Below are positions 1 through 17,365 of a stretch of DNA of 64,000 nucleotides, one piece after another. Under the pieces are notes generated by a model that saw only the letters and a list, made by a program, of their open reading frames with translations, made no database searches and had not been told where the DNA came from. Origin of the DNA: the human T2T-CHM13v2.0 reference genome, Homo sapiens; assembly GCF_009914755.1 (NCBI RefSeq), contig NC_060947.1; one strand, given 5' to 3'. Made by a program: the position numbers and the translations under genes. Each line of letters opens with the position of its first letter. The stretch's first letter is position 1.

Positions 1-3000
1 AAGCAAATATTATTAGAGCTAAAGAGAGAGATAGCCCCCAATATAATAATAGCTAGAGACTTCAACACCACATTTGCAGCGTTGGACAGATCTTCGAGAC
101 AGAAAACAAACGAAGGAACATCAGACTAATTCACACTATAGACCAAATGGCCCTAATAGATATTTACAGAGCATTTCAAACAATGGCTGCAGAATACACA
201 TTCTTTTTCTTAGCAAACAGACCACGCTCAAGGTTAGACCATATGTTAGGCCACATAAGAAGTCTTAAAACATTCAAAAAATTGAAATAATATCAAAGAT
301 CTTCTCAGAGCACAATGTAATAACACTAGAAATCAATAACAAGAGGAATTTTTAAAACTATATGAACACACAGAAATTAGATAATATGCTTCTGGATGTG
401 ATAGGGTCAATGAAGATATTAAGAAGAAAATTGCAAAATTTCTTGAAACAAATGATAATAGAAACATAACATCCAAAAGCTATATTATAGAGCAAAAGCA
501 GTACTAAGTAGGAAGTTCACAACTATCAGTGTCTACATCAAAAAATAAACAAAAACTTCAAATATTCATCCTAACAATGCATCTTAAATACCTAGAGAAG
601 CAAAAGCAAAACCAAACTGAAAATGAGCAGAAGAAAAGAAATAATAAAGATTGGAGTGGAAATAAATGCAATTGAAATGAAAAAAAAAATAAAAAAGACC
701 AATGAAACAAAAAGTTGGGGTTTTTTTTGAAAAGATAAACATAATTGACAAACCTTTAACCAGGCTAAGAAACACAGAGAGAAAATACAAATAAAATTAG
801 AGAAGAAAAAAGAAAACTGATACCACAGATATTCAAAGGATCACTAGAGGCTACTATGAGCAACTATAAGCCAACAAACTAGAAAATTTAGAAGATAGGT
901 ACAAGTTCCTAGACACATACAGTCTACCAACACTGAACCATGGAGAAATCCAAAACATAAGGAAGACACTAATAACAAGTAATAAGGTTGAAGCCATAAT
1001 AAAAAGTCTTCTAAAAAAAAAAAAAAAAAAAAAGGCCGAGGACTCAATGACTTCACTACTGAATTTGGCCAAACATTTAAAGAAGTAGTGCCAATCCAAC
1101 TGAAAATATTCCATAAAATATATTAGCACAAAATACTTCCAAACTAATTCTGCAAGGCCAGTACTACTCTGATTACAAAACCAGACAAAGACACATGAAC
1201 AAAAGAAAACTACAGGCCAATATTTCCAATAAATATTAATAAAAAATTCTCAGCAAAAAAACTGACAAACCAAATTCAATAACACATTAAAAAGATCATT
1301 CAACATGACCAAGTGGAACTTAAACCCAGGGATGCAAGGATGGTTCAAAGTACACTAATCAGTTAATATGATACATTGTGCATCATTATCAACAGAAGGA
1401 CAGAAGGAAGGACAAAAACCATATGATCATTTCAATTGATGCTAAAAATGCATTTGATAAAATTCAACATCCCTTCATAATAAAAACATTTAAAAACTTG
1501 AGATAGAAAGAACATGCCTTTATGTAATAAAAGCCATATATGACAGACCTACAGCTAGTATCATACTCAAAGGGGAAAAACTGAAAGCCTTTCCTCTAAG
1601 ATCTAGAATACAACAAGGATGCCCACTTTCACTTTTGTTACTCAATATATTAGTGAAAGTCCTAGCTAAAGCAATCAGAAAAGAGAAAGAAATAAAGGAT
1701 GCCCAAACTGGAAAGGAAGAAGCCAAATTTTCTTTGTTTGCAGGTGATACGATCTTAAATTTGGAAAAAAACTAAAGATTCCACCAAAAAAACTATTAGA
1801 ACTGATAACATTCAGTAAAGTTGCAATATAAAATATCAACATAGAAAGTCTGGTAGCATTTGTATATGCCAACAGCACACAATCTGAAAAAAAAAATCAA
1901 AATTAATCCCATTTCTAGTGGCTAGAAATAAATAACTAGGAATTAACCAAATAAGTGAAAGATCTCTACAAAGAAAACTATAAATTATTGACGAAAGAAA
2001 TTGAAAAGGATACCAAAAAAAGGATATTCCATGCTTACGGATTGGAAGAATCAATATTGCTAAAATTTCCCTACTACCCAAAGCAATCTATAGATTCAAT
2101 GCAATTTCTATAAAAATATTAATGACATTCTTCACAAAAATAGAAAAACTATCCTAAAATTCATATGGAACCACAAAAGACCCTGGATAGACAAAACTAT
2201 CCTAAACAAAAAGAAAAACTGGAGGAATCACATTACCTGACTTCAAATTATACTACAGAACTTTAGTAAACCAAATGGCATGGATCTGGCATAATAACAG
2301 ACACAAAGACCAGTGGAACAGAACAGAGAACCCAGTAGTAAATCCATCCATCTACAGTAAACTCATTTTCAACAAAAGTTTCAAGAACATTCATTGGGAA
2401 AAGGACAGTCTCTTCAATAAGTGGTGCTGGGAAAACTGGATATCCATATGCAGAAGAATGAAACTAGAACCCTATCTCTCACCATATACAAAAAATAAAA
2501 TCTAAATGAATTTGAGACATAAACTTAAGACCTCAAATTATAAAACAACTAAAATAAAATATTAGGGAAATTCTCCTGGACATTAGACTGGGCAAAGATT
2601 TCTGGAACAATAACCCACAGGCACAGGCAACCAAAGCAAAAATAGACAAATGAGGTCACCTCAAGTTAAAGAGCTTCTGCACAGCAAATGAAACAATAAA
2701 CAAAGTGAAGAGACAACCCATAGAAAGAGAAAATATTTGCAAACTACTCATATGACAAGGGACTTATAACCAGAATATATAAGTAGGTGAAACGACTCTA
2801 TAAGAAAAAAATCTGATAATCTAATTAAAAAATAAATAGACGATCTGAATAGACATACTTCAAAAGGAGACATATCAATGACAAACAGGTATATGAAAAG
2901 GTGCTCAACATCGTTGATCATCAGAAAAATGTAAATCACAAACTACAATGAGATATCATTTTACCCCAGTTAAAGTGGGTTTTATCCAAAAGACACACAA

Positions 3001-3818
3001 TAACAAGTATCCTGGTGAGGATGTGGAGAAAAGGGAACCCTCATACATTCTTGGTGGGAATGTAAATTAGTACAACCACTATATAAAACGGTTTGAAGAT
3101 TCCTCAAAAAATTAAAAATATAGCTACCATAGGATCTAGCAATCCCAATTCTATGTATATACCCAAAATAAAGAAAATTAGTATATTAAAGAGATATTTC
3201 TACTCCTTTGTTTTTACAGCACTGTTCACAATAGTCAACATTTATAGGCAACCTAAGTGCTTATAAATCAACAGATGAATGGATAAAGAAAACATGGTAC
3301 ATATATACAATGGAGTACTATTCAGCCATGAAAAAGAATGAGATCCTCACGTTTTCAACAACACGGATAGAAATGGAGGTCATTATGTTAAATGAAATCA
3401 GTCAGGCACATACAGCTAAACATCACATTTTCTCACTTATCTGTGCCAGGTAAAACTAAAAAGAATTGAACTCATGGAGATAGAATAGGATGGTTATCAG
3501 GAGCTTAGAAGGGCATCTGAAGGGGTGGGGGTGAAGGAAGGATTGTTAATGGGTACGATGAATAGAAAGAATAAAGGTCTAGTATTTGATAACACAACCC
3601 AGGTGACTATGGTAAAAAGATAATACAATTGTACATTTTAAAATAATTAAAAGGCTATAATTAGATTGTTTTAAACATGAGGGACAAATACTTGAAGTAA
3701 TGAATACCCTACTGACTCTGATGAAATTAATACGAATTGCATGCCTGTATCAAAATACTTCATGTAACCCATAAATATATACACCTACTACGTACTCATA
3801 AAAAATTTTTAAAAATTA
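1..3818 (+). mobile_element. LINE-1, L1MA (L1MA1-3-like), decayed ORF2 (EN to C-terminus) plus 3' UTR; runs off the left edge
   Basis: Broken ORF2 peptides (2275-2505 [31 protein letters not shown]). L1MA-type 3' UTR ends ...ATAAATATATACACCTACTACGTACTCATAAAAA. Many stops and frameshifts. Confidence 0.93.
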
Positions 3819-4141
<323 letters not shown>

Positions 4142-4144
4142 TTA

Positions 4145-4499
4145 AAGCAATTATTTTCTTTCTTTACATTCTTATTGTATAAGCTTTTTTTCTATTTTTA
4201 CAATTAGTCTTTTAATTTTTAAACTTGTAGTTATAAACTAAGGCACAAACACACACATTAACATAGGCCAACATAGGGTAAAATCTGTCGAAATCACTGT
4301 CTGCCTCTTCCACAACCTGTCCCACCGGAAGGTCTTTAAGGGCAGTAACAAGCATGGAGCTGTCAAAACCTATGATAACAATACCTTCTTCTGGATACCT
4401 TCTGAAGGATCTGCCTGAGGCTATTTTACAGTTAACTACTATTTTAAAGTAGAAGGAATATACGCTTATATAATTATTAAAAGTAGATTGTAGTAAATA
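4145..4499 (-). mobile_element. Tigger3 DNA transposon (TcMar-Tigger), left fragment
   Basis: Matches remembered Tigger3 internal sequence (CACAAACACACACATTA...GGAAGGTCTT...TGCCTGAGGCTATTTTACAGTTAAC). Continues seamlessly at 7515. Confidence 0.8.
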
Positions 4500-7514
<3,015 letters not shown>

Positions 7515-7802
7515 TACATAAACCAGTAACATATTCATTTATTATTATTAATATTACCATACTACACATAATTGTATGTGCTATACTTTTATATTATATA
7601 ATTGGCAACGCATTAGGTTTGTTTACGCCAGCATTATCACAAACACGTGAGTTAGTGTTGCACTACTTCATTACAATGAATATGAGGACATGAGGTGATA
7701 GGAATTTTTTAGCTCCATTACAATCTTATAGGACCACTGTCATATATGTGTGTGATCTGTTATCTGTCATTGACCAAAATGTCATTATACAGCACATGAT
7801 TT
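7515..7802 (-). mobile_element. Tigger3, right fragment including terminus
   Basis: TACATAAACCAGTAAC...GATAGGAATTTTTTAGCTCCATTACAATCTTATAGGACCAC...GTCATTATACAGCACATGA resembles the Tigger3 terminus. Confidence 0.8.
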
Positions 7803-7914
7803 TGTGTGTGTACATATATACATATATGTGTTGTTTCTCTAGAGAACTCTGATTCATACAATGGCACTGTTCAGTTCAACTATATACTTAGCTGATTTCA
7901 TTTTTTTTCTCCCG

Positions 7915-9680
7915 TATTAGTATACTCATTGTACTTCCTCATTTATTTTTATTATTTGCCCTATAGTTTGCAATATACATTTACAACTAATCCAAGTCTA
8001 CTTTCATATAACACACCAATTCACGAGTAGTGCAAGTTCCTTATAAGAGTATTTAAATTCCTCCCTCCAACCTGTCACTTATCATATTGCTGTCATTTAT
8101 TTCATTTATCCAGGAGTTATAATCACTGAATTGTTGCTATTATTTTGACAAATGATTTTCTATTATATCCATTAGGAATAATTTACTTTCATTTATTCCT
8201 TTTCTAATGCTCTTTTTAAACATAGATCTGAGTTTTGGACCTTATTATATTTTTTCTTTACGAAAAACTTCTTTAAACATTTTTGTTCATCTGTAGGCAA
8301 AGTCCCCATTTCTAGTGGCCTAGTCTGTTCAGTCTGGAATTAGAAAATACTGAGTGGCTTATAAACAACAGAAATTTATTTTTTGTAGTTCTGGATCCTG
8401 GGAATCCCAATATCAAAGGGGCCATCAGATTCAGTGTTTGGTGAGAGTCTACTTTCTGGTTCACAGATGGCAACTTCTTGCTACGTTCTCACATGGTAGA
8501 AGGGAAAAAATGGTCTCTTTGGGCCTATTTTATAAGTTCCATAGTCCATGGGGTCTCTACCCTTATGACCTAATCATCTACAGTCTCACCTCATAACACT
8601 ATCATGTTGGTGGTTAAGTTTCAACATACCAATTTTGGGAGGGGGTACACAAATACTCAGATCATAGCACCTGATTTCTTTCAAGATTTTTTTACTTGTT
8701 TTTGACTTTCTGCCATTTAAATATAATATGCCTAATTGTACATTTTTAGTATTTATCTTGTTGGTCTCCTCTAAGTTTCCTGAATCTGTGGCTTACCTGA
8801 GCATTGTGGTTTGTCATTGCTTATTAAAACTTCTCAGGCATAAGTACTTTAAATCCTTCTCTATCTCTTTTTATGGTATTTCCAATATAAATACGTTATA
8901 CTATTTGAATTGTCCCACAGTTCATGAATATTTTGTGTATACTTTTTTGTTTTGAGTATTATTTCTATTTGCATTTCAGTTTAGAAAGTTTATATTGACA
9001 TATTTTCAACTCACTGATTATTTTATTGGCTGTATCCAATCTACTGGTGATCCCATCAAATACATTATTTTTATTGGAGTGGTTTTGATTTCTAGTATTT
9101 TACTTTGATTCTTTATTATAGTTTCAATTCTCTCTGCTTACATTAACCATCTGTTCTCACACGTTGTCTGCTTTTTCCACTAGAGCCCTTAACATATCAG
9201 ATAATCAGATTATCAGATTATTTGATAATATCAAATAATCAGAATAGAGATAATTAAATTCTCTATCAGATAATCCCCAAATCTGTGTGATATCTGGTTC
9301 TGTTTTAATGTTTCCTTTGTCTCTTCAATCACTTCTTCTTCTTACCTTTAGTATTTCTTGTAATCATTTGGTAAAAGTCAAACACTGTGTATTGTTTAAC
9401 AGGATCTAAAGTAAACAGATCTTTAGTGTAAAATTTTATATTTATCTGACTATGAGTTAGGTTTAGTTTATTGTTTTCTGTAGCTATATGTGTGTGAGGC
9501 CACAATTTCCTCTTTTGTCTTTGTTTTGCCTCCTTTGTTATCTTTCAGTTTCCTTATAAACTTTTTATTAAATAGTTTCAGAGACATGTAGTTCTTTCAT
9601 GTGTAATCTATTATTATACATTAGCCCAGTTGATGTGTTAGGAAGGGGAAGCATTCTCTAATCCTATAATTACGACTCAC
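7915..9680 (-). mobile_element. Ancient L1 (L1MC/L1MD-type) 5' region, ORF1 and inter-ORF, antisense
   Basis: Reverse complement resembles the + strand element at 35600-39050 in this window; T-rich antisense ORF1 character. Confidence 0.65.
8316..8669 (-). mobile_element. MLT1A-type MaLR solo LTR
   Basis: GGCTTATAAACAACAGAAATTTATTT...GTTCTGGA core, ending ...CAGATCATAGCA. Confidence 0.8.
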
Positions 9681-10419
9681 ACCGTTACATGCTCTGATTA
9701 ACAAATTGTACTATGGGAAAGCACATACTTTTAGAAATTATTATTCTTAATTGCCAATTTAAAGATTGCTGGTGTGACAGCATCACACAGTGTGAGGATG
9801 TTCTATTTTGTTTTGTTGAGGGAAAGAAGAGAGAAAGTCTTTTCCTAAAGTAGAGTTACTGGATTGTTCCAGAATGGGAGAAGGACAAAAGTGAATGGAT
9901 ATGAAAGTTCTAGGTTTGTGGAAGATTAATCTTGTGAAAGCAACTTTATGTGTAATCAAGTTGGCTAAGATTACAAGGACATTATTTATAAATATTCCTA
10001 AGAAAATCAGTATTGATATCAAAAATATACTAATAATAAAATTTCTAGAAATCCATCATACCATTGGACTAGGTGGGAGTTCTCAGAACTCTAATGAAGA
10101 AATTGATTGGCTCCATAAAACTGCTAACACAGCACAAAGCAGAACAAGAATAAAATGAATACCAAGGAAATGCAGGTTTTTATCCTAAGCCAACCTGTAT
10201 TGAAATTTGTAAGATATGTAATTTGAATGAACTCTATAAGATTAGTCCAAGTCGACTTTCTTATTATGATGTATTTAATAAATAGTGCAATGCACATGGT
10301 TAGAAAAAGTAATAGTGATATCTAAAAGGATGTAAATTCAAAGCTAAGTGTAGATTCATCAGGGGGCATGACAGTTGCCAGGATATCCTCAAGACTTTAA
10401 AGCCTCCACTTTTAAAAGC

Positions 10420-12462
10420 ACAGAGGCAGTGTCACTGCCACCACTGGCATGCACACGAGTGTGGTCTCTGCTGCCACCACTGTGAAGCAGCACTTTGGCG
10501 ATTACCCCCACCAAGGTGTTGTGACCAGCGTACCAGAAACACCTTGGCTCCTCAATTGCAGCAGGTGCTTAATATTGAGAGGCCAGATAACAAAGCTGTG
10601 GGCCTGGTACCAGCCCCACCATGATTAGAGCATGTAGCCCAGGATTGTTGAGCTGAGCCTTGGCCCAGTAAAATCTTCCAGAAGTAAAGATAGTCTACTC
10701 AACCCAACTCAAACCACAGTCAAACCCTCAAGAGCATCAAATAATATAAAAGCAAAATAATCCATTGAAAATAGAGCAACTTCAAAAATTAAAGGAATAT
10801 CAGACCATGCCAATGAAAAAAAAAAAAAAAACAGCCTAAGAACTGCGGCAACTCAAAAAGCCACAGTGTCTTCTTATCTCTAAATGATCATACTAGCACC
10901 TCAGCAATGGTTCTTAACCAGGTTAAATTGGCTGAAATGACGGATGTAGAATTCAGAATCTGGATAGAAATGAAAATCATTGAGATTCAGGAAAAAGTCT
11001 CAATCCAATCCATGGAATCCAAGAAAACAATACAAGAGATGAAAGACAAAAGAACCATTTTAAGAAAGCACCAAACTGATCTGATAGGGCTCAAAAACTC
11101 ACTACAAGAATTTTATAATACAATCAGAAGTATTAACAGTAGAATAGACCAAGCTGAGGAAAGAACTTCGGAGCTCAAATACTGGTTCTGTGAATCAACT
11201 CAATCAGCCAAAGAATACAAAGTAATGAACAAAGCCTCTAAAAGACATGAGATTATGTACAGAGACCAAAACTATGACTCACTGGTGTCCCAGAAAGAGA
11301 GGGAATGAGAGCAAGCAACATGAAAAACATATTTAAGGATATTGTCCATGAAAATTTTCCCAACCTAGCTAGACAGGTTGACATTCAAATTCAGAAAATG
11401 CAGACAACTGCTGAGAGATACTACAAAAAAAATGAACATACCCAAGATACATATTCATCAGATTCTCCAAGGTCAAGATGAAAGAAAAAAATATTAAAAA
11501 CATCTAGAGAGATATTGCAGGTCACCTACAAAGGGAACCCTATCAGGATAATATTGGATCTCTCAGCAGAAACCCTACAAGCCAGAAAAGATTAGGGGGC
11601 TTTAACAATTCAGCATTGTTAAAGAAAATAAATTCCAATAATTTCATATCCAGCCAAACTAAGCTTCATAAGCAAAGGAGAAATAAGATCCTTTTAAGAT
11701 AAGCAAATGCTTAGGGAATTCATTACCACTAGACTTGCCTTAAATGAGGTCCATAAGAGAGTGCTAAACATGGAAATGAAATACTGTTACCAACCGCCAC
11801 AAGAACACATGTAAGTACAAAGATAATTGATACAATATAGCAACTACACAATCAGTCTGCAAAACAACCAGCTAACAACATAATGTCAGGATCAAATCTA
11901 CACATATCAATATTAATCTCCAATGAACATGAGTTAAACACACCATTTAAAAGGTACAGAGTGACAAATTAGATAAAAGAGCAAGACCCAGCTCTATACT
12001 GTAATCAAGAGGCTCAACTCTATGCAATGACACGTGCAGACTCATAGTAAAGGGACAGAGAAAAACCTACCAAGAAAATGGAAACCAAAAAGGAGCAGAG
12101 GTTGTTATTCAAATTTCAGACACAACAGACTTTAAACCAACACTGATCAAAAGAGACAAAGAAAGGCATTACATAATGATAAAGGATTCAATTCAATAAG
12201 AAGACTTAACTATCCTAAATATATATGCACCCAACACTGGAGCACCAAGATTCATAAAACAAGTTCTTACAGACCAATGAAGAAACTGAGATAACCACAC
12301 AATACTAGTTGGAGACTTCAACAACACATTGACAGTATTAGACAGATCCCTGAGGCAGAAAACTAACACAGATATTAATGACTAAAATTAAACACTTCAC
12401 CAAATGGACCTAACAGCCATCTACAGAACACTCCACCCAACAAAAACAGAAAATACATTCTC
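10420..12462 (+). mobile_element. L1PA16-like LINE-1, 5' part (5' UTR remnant, ORF1, start of ORF2 endonuclease); host of the 12463-18150 insert
   Basis: ORF1 coiled-coil peptide 10907-11308 (MVLNQVKLAEMTDVEFRIWI...); ORF2 EN motifs from ~11880 ([19 protein letters not shown]); resumes at 18151. Confidence 0.85.
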
Positions 12463-12925
12463 GATATCCTGGTGGACGGGAGGCAGGACTAGATTGCAGC
12501 TCCCGCTTGGACAGACAGGACAGCTTGATGAGGCCCGCACTGTGAACTTTTGCTCCACAACAGCTTCAGGAATACTTTAGGAAAGCCAAGAGAACCCAGA
12601 CACCCTCTGAAGGAAGCAGATTGCTCCCTGCAGGACCCAGGAGACAACCCAAATAAAGTGAGTGCCCAAACTGTAGAAGTGGGAAAGGGAAATCATCCAC
12701 CCCATAACATACCCCTCCCACTAGGGAACCTGAAGGTCTAGATTACAGGAGAAGATTTTGACCTTACCTGGAGTTGAGTCGAACTAGAGAGCAGAGTGAA
12801 ATAGAGGGGTAGAGGAAGCAGCAGGAAAATCCCTGTGGGCTCGCTGGGTCCCCTACCAAGCCATTTCTCCCTTGCCTCACAGGGATCCTCGAGGAGGGCT
12901 GCCAGAGGCACTGGGAAAAGGCCAC

Positions 12926-13015
12926 GGGGAGAAAGAAACCTCCAGCTGAACGTTGTTAACAATTTGAACCGGGGAGAAAGAAACCTCCAGCTGAACGTTG
13001 TTAACAATTTGAACC
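12926..13015. repeat. Perfect 45-bp tandem duplication
   Basis: GGGGAGAAAGAAACCTCCAGCTGAACGTTGTTAACAATTTGAACC twice (12926-12970 and 12971-13015). Confidence 0.97.
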
Positions 13016-15230
13016 GATAGAGAAGTCTCCTGGCCAGAACTTGTGGGAGGGCGTGAATCTGGTGTGCAGACTCCACAGGCAGGGGAAGAAGGAAAACGCT
13101 ACTTATTTTCACAACTGGAAGGCTAGGGTAGTCTGGCGCAAGTTCTCAGTCCTGCTTGCTCGCTGCCTGGAAACAGACTTGGTGCTGTTGGGTGGGGCAC
13201 AGTAGGAGTGAGACTGGCCCTTTGGGTTGTGTGAGAGCTGGCTGAGGCCTGTGACTACCGGCTTTCCCCCACTTTCCTGACAACCTGCATGACACAGCAA
13301 AGGCAACCATAATCCTCCTAGGAACATAATTCCATTGACATGGGAACCTCACCCCCAACCCACACAGCAGCTGCAACAAGACCAGCCCAAGTAGCTTCTG
13401 AGCTCAGACATGCCTAGCTCTGCACCCACCTATTGGTCTTTTCCTACCCACCCTGGTAACTGAAGACAGAGCATATACTCTTGGGAGTTATAGGGCCCCA
13501 CCCACCATCTGTTCCTCTGCATACTACCACAGCTGATGCCCTCTTGAAAGTGCCACCTCCAGGCAGGGGCCAACCAGCACAAAAACAGTGCATTAATCAA
13601 CCAAAGCTAAGGATCCCCGCAGAGTCCATTTCACCCCCCTGCCACCTCCACCCAAGCAGGTGCCGGTATCCACAGCTGAGAGACCCACTGACAGTTCCCA
13701 TCACAGGACTCTGTGTAGGCAACCTCCAGTACCAGCCTGGAGCCTGGTAGAATTGCTTCGTGGCTACATCCAGAAGAGAGATAACAATCACTACAACTCA
13801 GCTCTCAGGGAGCCACATCCCTAGGAAAAGCGGGAGAGTACTACATCAAGGAAATACCTGGTGGGACAAAAGGAACTGAACAACAGCCTTGAACCCTAGA
13901 CTTTCCCTCTGACAGAGCCTACATAAATGATAAGAAACCAGAAAACCAACTCTGGTCATATGACAAAACAAGGTTCTTTAACACCCCCCAAAAAATTACA
14001 CTAGCTCTCCAGCAATGGATCCAAACCAAGAAGAAATATCTGATCTACCTGAAAAAGAATTCAGAAGTTTAGTTATTAAGCTAATCAGAGAGGCACCAGA
14101 GAAAGGGGAAGCCCAATGTAAGGAAAAAAATATGGTACAAGAAGTGAAGGGAGAAATATTCAATGAAATAGATAGCATGAATAAGAAACAATAAAAACTT
14201 CAAGAAACAATGGATACACCTATAGAAATGCAAAATGCTCTGGAAAGACTCAACAATAGAATAAAACAAGGAGAAGAAAGAACCTCAGAGCTCAAGGACA
14301 AGATTTTTAAATTAACACAATCCAACAAAGACAAAGAAAAAAGGTTGAGAAAATATGAACAAAGCATCTAAGAAGTCTGAGATTATATTAAGTGACCAAA
14401 CCTAAGAATAATTGGTGTTCCTGAGGAAGAAGAGATATTTAAAAGTTTGGAAAATATATTTGAGGGAATAATCAAACTTCCCTGGCCTTTCTAGAGACCT
14501 AGACATTCAAATACAAGAAACTCAAAGAACACCTGGGAAATTCATTGCAAAAAGATCATTGCCTAGGCACATTGTCATCAGGTTATCTAAAGTTAAGATG
14601 AAGGGAAGAATCTTAAGAGCTGTGAGTCAAAAACATCAGGTAACCTATAAAGGAAAACCTATCATATTAATAGCATATTTCTCAGCAGAAACCCTGCAAG
14701 CTAGAAGGGATCAGGGCCCTATCTTTAGCTTCCTCAAACAAAACAATTATCAGCCTAAAATTTTGTACCCGGTGAAACTAAGCTTCATAAGTGAAGGAAA
14801 GATACAGTCTTTTTCAGACAAACAAATGCTGAGAGAATTTGCCACCAGAAAGCCAGCACTACAAGAACTGCTAAAAGGAGCTCTAAGTCTTGAAACAAAT
14901 CCTGGAAGCATATCAAAACAGAACCTCTTTAAACATAAATCTTACAAGACTTACAAAACAAAAATACAAAAAAAAAAAGCCATGGTATACACAGAACAAA
15001 TAGCATGATGAATGGAATGGTACCTCACATCTCAATATTAACGTTGAATGTAAATGGCCTAAATGCTCAACTTAAAAGATACAGCATTGCAGAATGGATA
15101 ATAAGTCACCAACCAACCATCTGCTGCCTTCAAGAGACACACCTAACACATAAGGGCTCACTTAAACTTAAGGTAAACGGATGGAAAAAGACATTCTATG
15201 CAAACAAATGGACACCAAAGGTGAGCAGGG

Positions 15231-15545
15231 TTTTTGGGTTTTTTGTTTGTTTGTTTGTTTGTTTTTTAGACGGCGTCTTGCTCTGTCACCAAGCTGGAGT
15301 GCACTGGCATGATCTTGGGTCACTGCAACCTCTGCCTTCCAGGTTCAAATGATTCTCCTGACTTAGCCTCCCGAGTAGCTGGGACTCCAGGTGTGCAGTA
15401 CCACACCCAGCTAATTTTTGTATTTTTAGTAGAGACAGGGCTTTACCATGTTGGTCAGGATGGTCTCGATCTCTTGACCTCGTGATTCGCCCACCTTGGC
15501 CTCCCAAAGTGCTGGGATTACAGGTGTGAGTCACCACACCCAGCT
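15231..15545 (-). mobile_element. AluSc-like, inserted in L1PB ORF2
   Basis: Antisense Alu with (TTTG)n tail and CAGGATGGTCTCGATCTCTTGACCTCGTGAT. Confidence 0.92.
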
Positions 15546-16451
15546 AGGGGTAGCTATTCTTATATCACAAAAGAAACTTTAAAGCAACAGCAGTTGAAAA
15601 AGACAAAGAGGGGCACTATATAATGATAAAAGACTTTGCCCAACAGGAAAATATCACAATCCTAAATATTACAGGCACCTAACACTGGAGCTGTTTGTAA
15701 AACAGCTGTTTATAAAACAATTACAAATAGACCTAAGAAATGAGATAGAAAGCAACACAATAATAGTGGGGAACTTCAATACTCCACTGACAGCACTAGA
15801 CACGTCACCAAGACAGAAAGTCAACAAAGAAACAATGGATTTAAACTATACCCTGGCGCAAATGGACTTAACAGATATTTACTGAAAATTCTACCCAACA
15901 ACTGCATAATATACATTCTATTTAACAGCACATGAAACTTTCTCCAAGATAGACCATATGATATGCCACAAAATGAGCCTTGATAAATTCAAGAAAATTG
16001 AAATTATATCAAGCACCCACTCAGACCACAGTGGAAAAAAACTGGAAATCAACTCCAAAAAAACCTTCAAAACCATGCAAATACATGGAAATTAAATAAC
16101 CTGCTCCTCAATGATCATTGACTCAACAATGAAATCAAGATAGATATTAAAAAATTCTTTGAACTGATTGACAATAGTGACACAACCTATCAAAACCCAG
16201 GGGATACAGCAAAGGCGGTGCTAAGAGGAAAGCTCATAGCCCTAAATGCCTACATCAAAAAGTCTGAAAAAGCACAAACAGACAATCTAGAGTAACACTT
16301 CAGGGAACTAGAGAAATAAGAACAAACCAAATGCAAACCCAGCAGAAGAAAGGAGATAACCAAGATCAGAGCAGAACTAAATGAAATTGAAACAAACAAA
16401 CAAACAAAAAATACAAAAGATAAATGAAACAAAAAGCTGGTTCTTTGAAAA

Positions 16452-16575
16452 GATAAATTGATAAATAATTAGCAAATAAGACAGATAATTGATTAGCAAA
16501 TAATTAGCAAATAAGACAGATAAATAATTAGCAAATAAGACAAATAAATTGATAAATAGCAAATAATTAACCAAA
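16452..16575. repeat. Mosaic tandem repeat (TAATTAGCAAATAAGACAGATAA-like units) next to the L1PB deletion junction
   Basis: About five reiterations of TAGCAAATAA mixed with GACAGATAA and AAATTGATAAA. Confidence 0.85.
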
Positions 16576-17365
16576 AAGACAGAAAATTCATAAGAACATG
16601 AGTAGACCATTCTCAAAAGGGGATACACAAATGGCCCACAAACATATGAAAAAATGCTCAGTATCACTAATGATCAGGAAAATGCAAATCAAGGCCACAA
16701 TGCGATACCACCTTACTCTTGCAAGAATGGCCATAATCAAAAAATGAAAAACTAATAGATGTTGGTGTGGATGCGGTGAACGGGCAACACTTCTAACACT
16801 GCTGGTGGGAATGTAAACTAGTACAACCACTATGGAAATCAGTGTGGATATTCCGTAAAGAACTAAAAGTAGAACTACCATTTGACCCAGAAATCCCACT
16901 ACTGGGTATCTACCCTGAGTCACTATATGTAAAAGATACTTGCACAGGCATGTTTATAGCAGCACAATTCACAATTGCAAAAATGTGGAACCAACCCAAG
17001 TTCCTATCAATCAGCAAGTGGATGGAGAAACTGTGGTATAAGATGGAATACTACTCAGCCATAAAAAGGAATGAATTAATGGCATTCACAGCCACCTGGA
17101 TGTGATTGGAGAACATTATTCTAAGTGAAGTAACTCAGGAATGAAAAGCAAACATCATATATTGTCACTCATATGTGGGAGCTAAGCTATGAGGATGCAA
17201 AGGCATAAGAAAAACACAATGGACCTTGGGGATTCAGGAGGAAAGGAAGGGAAGGGAGTGAGGGATAAAAGACCACAAATTGGGTGCACTATATACTGCT
17301 CTTGTGATGGGTGCAACAAAATCTCATTTGTTGAATAAATGAATGAGTTAAACACACACACACAC

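Larger units (their letters stand above)
12463..17326 (+). mobile_element. L1PB (L1PBa 5' UTR, L1PB1-like 3' end) with ~2 kb ORF2 deletion and missing 3' terminus
   Basis: 5' end GGTGGACGGGAGGCAGGACTAGATTGCAGCTCC; ORF1 peptide 14559-15008; ORF2 start MMNGMVPHISILTLNVNGLN (15005); jump at ~16590 to the ORF2 C-terminus; 3' UTR matches the L1PB copy at 41100-42120. Confidence 0.88.

Noticed and set aside
12926-16575. CRISPR-like repeat arrays
   Set aside because: Repeats are tandem without unique spacers, lie inside L1, and the DNA is primate with no cas genes.
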